Assembly (NCBI GenBank): GCA_001794055.1
Contig: MGJB01000017.1
Location: forward strand, 21,339 to 85,338
Direction of reading: 5' to 3'
Origin: Candidatus Yanofskybacteria bacterium RIFCSPHIGHO2_01_FULL_41_26
GTDB lineage: Bacteria > Patescibacteriota > Minisyncoccia > 2-02-FULL-40-12 > GWA2-44-9
DNA: 64,000 nucleotides
The translations under genes were made by a program, and so were the position numbers. Every line of letters starts with the position of its first letter. The stretch's first letter is position 1. Shown here piece by piece: positions 59,350 through 64,000 of this stretch. The notes under the pieces are model-generated. The model did not search any database. It had not been told where the DNA came from and was given only the letters and a program-made list of their open reading frames with translations.

Positions 59350-59965
59350 TTAAAACAACTGTTGAGGGTTAATCCAGTCTCCAAAAACATCAAGAAAAAG
59401 ATTTTGTGCTTTTGCTCGGTCGACTTGATTCTTAAGAAGATAACCCTTAATCATTTCGTCTTTTTCTTCCTCGCTAATTCCTTCAGCTTGAATAATTGGC
59501 TTTATAAAAAATTCTTCTACGGCCCAGTCACTTTGAAAAACCACTTTAACTGCTCTTAGTTTTTCGGCAACAACTTTGGTGCTTTCTCCGTGTGAGTATA
59601 AAAAAAGAATATTTTTAACAATTGAAACTATTCTTTCCTTGGGGAAACCATAATCTCTCGAAATGTGTTCTGCCGTAAGTTCAATGGAATCAAATGGCAA
59701 AGCTTCGATAATTCCGTTAGTATGTGCATGAGACTCCCCAATCTGCCGCATTGCCGTCTTTAAGCCTAGTTTTAATATTATCAATTGTATGGTCAAGCGG
59801 ATTTGCAAATTTATCTAAGGCTAATTCATTTACCCTACCTCCACAAACTCTATCATAGATAATTAAAACCTCTCTTAACGTTTCTGTATTAAGTTGAGAC
59901 ATTAACATCCCTAGCCTAGGAAGCTTTTCTTTAGTTTCTAACTTTTTTGGACTTTCATTAATCAT
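59350..59965 (-). pseudogene. Two overlapping ORFs (59717-59965 and 59350-59808), possibly one frameshifted gene
   Basis: Same strand, 92-nt overlap in different frames. Confidence 0.4.
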
Positions 59966-60270
59966 TTTGTCCGCCCACTCACCCTTGGATGGAACACTTT
60001 GGAAAAGATGATTTTAACTTGGAAACAGGTTTTTGGGAGTTTTGCGTCTGTGACTAGTATTGGAAGTAGTTAAGTGCAATTAAAAAATCCGACATTTGGT
60101 CAATGTCGGATTTTCTATTCACAATTCACAATTTTTGCTATGCCGTTGGTAACGACAGTAATTCCTACACAAATACAGTAAATCGGAAAGTATAAACCAA
60201 GTGCAAGCAATACTGAACCCAACTAGCGTGATTAAAATAATCCTGACAAAGCAGGATTATTTTAATGTTG

Positions 60271-60343
60271 TCCGCCCCCCGCGACTCGAACGCGGAACAT
60301 TCACCTTAAGAGGGTGCTGCTCTACCAATTGAGCTAGGGGCGG
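60271..60343 (-). tRNA. tRNA-Lys(CTT)
   Basis: Cloverleaf; loop CTCTTAA; CCA not encoded. Confidence 0.88.
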
Positions 60344-60353
60344 ATATATTGTG

Positions 60354-60425
60354 TGTCCCCGGAGGGAATCGAACCCCCATCAACAGCTTCGAAGGCTGCT
60401 GCTTTATCCGTTAAGCTACGGGGAC
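60354..60425 (-). tRNA. tRNA-Arg(TCG)
   Basis: Cloverleaf; loop CTTCGAA; CCA not encoded. Confidence 0.9.
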
Positions 60426-60472
60426 ATATCCCACCGTTAAACATTAAAATTTTACCACAAATTAGATTTTTT

Positions 60473-61648
60473 TCAATTATTTTCGTATCTCTTTTTTAAA
60501 TCTGAAATTACCTTCGGTAAAACCCTAAGCACATAATCCAAGTCCTTTTTCGTTGTTTGCTTGCCCATAGAAAACCTCAACACACCCAACAAATGTTTTT
60601 TATTTACACCGATGGCCTTGAGAACATGTGAAGGTTCAACAGAATGAGATGTACAGGCCGAACCGCTTCCAGCATGGATACCATATTTATCAAGTTCCAA
60701 AAGCAGGTTCTCACTATCTAACCCTGGTATTGATATATTTATATTATTCGCAAGTCGCTCTTTGCCAGTTGGACCATTTAATCTTATTTCTGAATCTATT
60801 TTCTTAATCTTACCAATAAAGTAATCTCTCAATTTCATAACTCGGGCTGACTCCTTGGTATCAATCAATTCAATTGCCTTAGCCAAACCAAGTATGGCCG
60901 ACAAGTTCTCTGTCCCCGCCCGCATTCCTCTCTCCTGCCCACCGCCTAAAACACAGGGGGTTAAGGCAACATCATGACGAATATACAAAACACCAATTCC
61001 TCTGGGTCCGCCTAATTTAGAGCCATTAAAAGTTACGAGATCAGCCTGCAAATTATTAACATTCATATTAAGATACCCCGCCGCTTGGCAGGCATCGACA
61101 TGAAACAAGACCCGCCTTGTTTTATCAATTTCCAATTTTTTGTTAAACTCTTTGATTATCTTTCCGATCTTATTTATTGACTCTATCGTACCAATCTCGT
61201 TATTGGCATACATAATCGAAACTAAAGCCGTTTCCTTTCGCAAAGAATTTTGAAATTCTTTAAGGTCAACAAACCCCTCTTTGTTTACGGGAAGATAGGA
61301 TACCTCAACACCCTCTCTTGCTAAAAGTTTTATTGGTTCAAGAACAGAAGGGTGCTCTATTTGCATTGTGATAATATGGGGTTTTAAAACCAGAAGCTGC
61401 CTGACCGTTCCCTGAATAGCGAGATTATTTGATTCTGTTCCCGAAGAAGTAAAAATTATTTCGTTACTATGCGCACCCAAAAAACGGGCCACTTTTATTC
61501 GTACTCTGCTTAATTCTCTAGCTGCCTCTCGGCCTGAGTCATTATAAGAAGACGGGTTGCCGTAAATCTTCATGGCTCGAACCACCTCTCTTTGGACTTC
61601 AGGATCTATCGGAGCCGCTGCTGCATTATCTAGATATATCTCTTTCAT
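60473..61648 (-). CDS. iscS: Cysteine desulfurase (IscS/NifS family)
   Basis: IYLDNAA, GNPSS, FTSSGTESNN, NNEIGT, HVDA.Q, SGSACTS. Confidence 0.92.
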   Translation of the reverse strand: MKEIYLDNAAAAPIDPEVQREVVRAMKIYGNPSSYNDSGREAARELSRVRIKVARFLGAHSNEIIFTSSGTESNNLAIQGTVRQLLVLKPHIITMQIEHPSVLEPIKLLAREGVEVSYLPVNKEGFVDLKEFQNSLRKETALVSIMYANNEIGTIESINKIGKIIKEFNKKLEIDKTRRVLFHVDACQAAGYLNMNVNNLQADLVTFNGSKLGGPRGIGVLYIRHDVALTPCVLGGGQERGMRAGTENLSAILGLAKAIELIDTKESARVMKLRDYFIGKIKKIDSEIRLNGPTGKERLANNINISIPGLDSENLLLELDKYGIHAGSGSACTSHSVEPSHVLKAIGVNKKHLLGVLRFSMGKQTTKKDLDYVLRVLPKVISDLKKRYENN

Positions 61649-61705
61649 ACAAAAACAGCCTTGTGGCTGTTTATTTATACTATCATAATGTTTTAGTATT
61701 TTCTA

Positions 61706-62080
61706 CTAATAATTTCTCTGTCGGGGCCAAAAAACCAAAGACAGCAATGCACCTGCCAATCCGATGTCTCTCACGAGAATTTCGCTAAATCCTAGAAAAA
61801 ACATGATGCTTGCCAGAAAAAGAACCGCCAGTGACGAAAAGAGTGGAACAAATATATTTGTGATGAGGCTGATTCCGACAAGAACCTCAAAAACACCGGA
61901 AATATAAATAATATCTATCGGCCTAATATTAAAATTTGCCGCAAACAAAGAAACAGATTGGGGAACCCAAGCATTAATCCAATAATTCGGGTGAAAAAAC
62001 TTGTCTATACCAAACCAAAAAAATACGATTGCCAGACCGATACGAAGAACCGAATTGGAATACCTTGGGGATTGTAACAT
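61706..62080 (-). CDS. DoxX-family membrane protein
   Basis: LRIGLA.VF.WFG.DKF, G.FE, VRDIGL. Confidence 0.85.
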   Translation of the reverse strand: MLQSPRYSNSVLRIGLAIVFFWFGIDKFFHPNYWINAWVPQSVSLFAANFNIRPIDIIYISGVFEVLVGISLITNIFVPLFSSLAVLFLASIMFFLGFSEILVRDIGLAGALLSLVFWPRQRNY

Positions 62081-62115
62081 GTTTGAGGCCTACTTATAGT
62101 GGGATTGTCAAACTA

Positions 62116-62144
62116 TTGACAATCTGGTTAAATTAGTGTATAAT
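62116..62144 (+). promoter_or_regulatory. Consensus sigma70 promoter
   Basis: TTGACA-17 nt-TATAAT. Confidence 0.85.
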
Positions 62145-62150
62145 ACAATC

Positions 62151-62308
62151 ATGGTCTACTGTCGACTGCGTGTCGCTTGTGACATCAAAAGTTACCCTTA
62201 GGGGTAACTCCACTTCTTTATTATAATAAAGAAATAATTCGCCACAAGAGGATATCGGGTCGACGGTTAAAATATAAAAGCGCCTTAAGGCGCTTTTATA
62301 TTTTAACC
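62151..62308 (+). ncRNA. Candidate structured small RNA with terminator
   Basis: Perfect promoter upstream, long closing stem with two internal hairpins, palindromic terminator 62265-62308, no sizeable ORF. Confidence 0.55.
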
Positions 62309-62309
62309 A

Positions 62310-63590
62310 TTAAGTAGAACAATTTTTCTCCAAAAAATCAAGAACTTTTTCATTCGTTATACGACTAGAAATATTATCACGAAGACTCTTAATATCCAAA
62401 CTTGACTTATCAGTTTCCCCCTTCATTAACATTGACTGGACGGCCGCACTCACTGATTCATCTACTTCTTCGTGTGAAGCTAAGATGTTGTTGTCTTTTG
62501 CTATCTTGTGCAGAACCAAGACTATTTTAACCTGTTTTTCCGCTTCTTCTCGCCATTGTTTTCTCAAATCGTCCTGGGTCTTGCCCATCTGCGCCAAATA
62601 CAATCCCAATTCCATTCCATTGGCATGTAAATCGCTGTCAAGATTGCTTATCATAGAGTCCAACTGCTGATTTAAGAGAATCTCCGGTGCCATTATGCTA
62701 GAATTATTTACGATATGATTAATTATTTCCAGACGGACCCTTTGCTTTTCTTTTAGTCTTTTCTCTTCCATAATTCCTCCTCTGATGTTGTCGATCAACT
62801 GATCCAAGTTCTGAAAATTACCCAAGCCCCTAACAAATTCGTCATCAATTTTGGGAAGTTCCACCGACTTAATATTATTTATCTTTACGGTAAAATCCAA
62901 TTTTTGGCCGGCAATCTTTTTTACATAATAATCTTTTGGAGCAACCAACGAGAAGGTTTTTTCCTCGTCCTTCTTCATCCCCAAAAGGCTATCCTCGAAA
63001 CCAGGCATAAAATTCTTGCTTCCGATAATTAAAGGATGATTTTTACTTACTCCGCCTTCCAACATTTCCCTGTTATGTCTTACTTCAAAATCAACCTCAA
63101 CCCTGTCACCCTTTTCAACTACTCCTTCTTTGTCACGGAGAATACTCCTTGATGCTTTAATTGTTGCAAGAGTATCATCTATATCTTTCTGCTCTACTTG
63201 GACATCTCGCTTAGCCACCTTAACCTTAGAAAAATCTCGAATATTAATTTCGGGAAAAAGGGTAAGTATAACTTTATAAACAAGTTTGACCGGGGTGTTT
63301 TCTTTAATCTCAAGCTTAGAAACATTCAAAACATCCAACTTTTCTTTTTCAATAACCTTGGCTAAACTGTCCTTCATGGCCAAGTCCAACGCCGATTCAA
63401 GAACCTGCTTTGCATCCAAGCTCTTTTTTATCAAATCCTTTGGAACTTTTCCTTTCCTGAATCCGTCCAATTGGAAATCTTTTCCGATTTCGACTTCGGT
63501 TTTTTCTACATATTCCTTAAGATCATTTCTGTCCAATTCAACGGTCAATTCTGTCTGATTTTGATCAATTTTTTTAAGAGTGTGGCTCAT
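62310..63590 (-). CDS. tig: Trigger factor
   Basis: GFRKGKVP, GD.V.VDF, FMPGFED.L.G; follows nusA. Confidence 0.93.
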   Translation of the reverse strand: MSHTLKKIDQNQTELTVELDRNDLKEYVEKTEVEIGKDFQLDGFRKGKVPKDLIKKSLDAKQVLESALDLAMKDSLAKVIEKEKLDVLNVSKLEIKENTPVKLVYKVILTLFPEINIRDFSKVKVAKRDVQVEQKDIDDTLATIKASRSILRDKEGVVEKGDRVEVDFEVRHNREMLEGGVSKNHPLIIGSKNFMPGFEDSLLGMKKDEEKTFSLVAPKDYYVKKIAGQKLDFTVKINNIKSVELPKIDDEFVRGLGNFQNLDQLIDNIRGGIMEEKRLKEKQRVRLEIINHIVNNSSIMAPEILLNQQLDSMISNLDSDLHANGMELGLYLAQMGKTQDDLRKQWREEAEKQVKIVLVLHKIAKDNNILASHEEVDESVSAAVQSMLMKGETDKSSLDIKSLRDNISSRITNEKVLDFLEKNCST

Positions 63591-64000
63591 CTTGTAATTC
63601 GTCTTGTGCCTCAATTTCTTTGTGGCTTAAGTCTTCTCTGGGCGAACGAACATCTATTTTCCATCCGGTAAGCTTCGCGGCTAAGCGGACATTCTGTCCT
63701 CTTTTTCCGATAGCAAGCGAGAACTGATCATCGGAAACCTCAACCAAAGCATGCCTTCTGGATTCATCAATAATTGTAACTCCTAAAACCTTGGCCGGAG
63801 AAAAAGAATTGGATATAAAATCCTTTGCCTTATCATTCCATAAAATTATATCAATTTTTTCTCCAGACAGTTCATTTATTACAGTCTGAACGCGAACCCC
63901 TTTTTGGCCAACCAAAGAACCGATGGGATCCACCCCTTCTTCTTTTGACACAACTGCTATTTTGGTTCTGGAACCGGCCTCTCTGGCAATGGCTTTCACC
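63574..64000 (-). CDS. nusA: Transcription factor NusA, C-terminal part
   Basis: AREAGSRTKIAV, DPIGSLVG.KG.RV, GEKIDI, AIGKRGQNVRLA..LTGW. Confidence 0.95.
   Translation of the reverse strand, partial: VKAIAREAGSRTKIAVVSKEEGVDPIGSLVGQKGVRVQTVINELSGEKIDIILWNDKAKDFISNSFSPAKVLGVTIIDESRRHALVEVSDDQFSLAIGKRGQNVRLAAKLTGWKIDVRSPREDLSHKEIEAQDELQDEPHS

Noticed and set aside
1-64000. Alternative genetic code (TGA = Gly, as in Gracilibacteria/Absconditabacteria)
   Set aside because: Long conserved genes translate uninterrupted with code 11, and TGA ends genes at expected positions (ileS, the cysteine desulfurase, mpg).

Overview
This is a window of a small-genome bacterium. Gene content and style point to Patescibacteria/CPR (Parcubacteria-like); this is inferred from the VirB2/TrbC-like pilin array, free-standing LAGLIDADG-like genes beside tRNAs, GlyQS-type GlyRS, short ValRS and tRNA-Ile(UAU). 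Housekeeping genes include glyQS, recO, ileS, argS, clpP, mpg, htrA, smpB plus tmRNA, infC-rpmI-rplT, tsaD, valS, rplS, gyrA, rpsA, ftsH, a cysteine desulfurase, tig and partial nusA, along with 10 tRNAs. The most striking structure is a 3.7-kb large-serine-recombinase element at the 3' end of tRNA-Ile(UAU) (52646-56341). Its attachment site lies inside the recombinase gene, so integration swaps the protein's C-terminus. It also carries an internal, inverted, almost exact copy of its own fused ends (a 314-bp attP), which puts the recombinase and the cargo each between long inverted repeats. Possibly related features at other tRNAs are a tandem array of one-gene cassettes bounded by att-like inverted arms at tRNA-Glu, an orphan arm plus histidine kinase at tRNA-Val(GAC), and an ORF-only insertion at tRNA-Val(TAC). 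Other items are a candidate novel ncRNA with a perfect sigma70 promoter (62151-62308), palindromic and heptamer repeats inserted in frame into essential genes, a histidine-phosphatase domain inside IleRS, and a GC-rich orphan gene with a structured leader.
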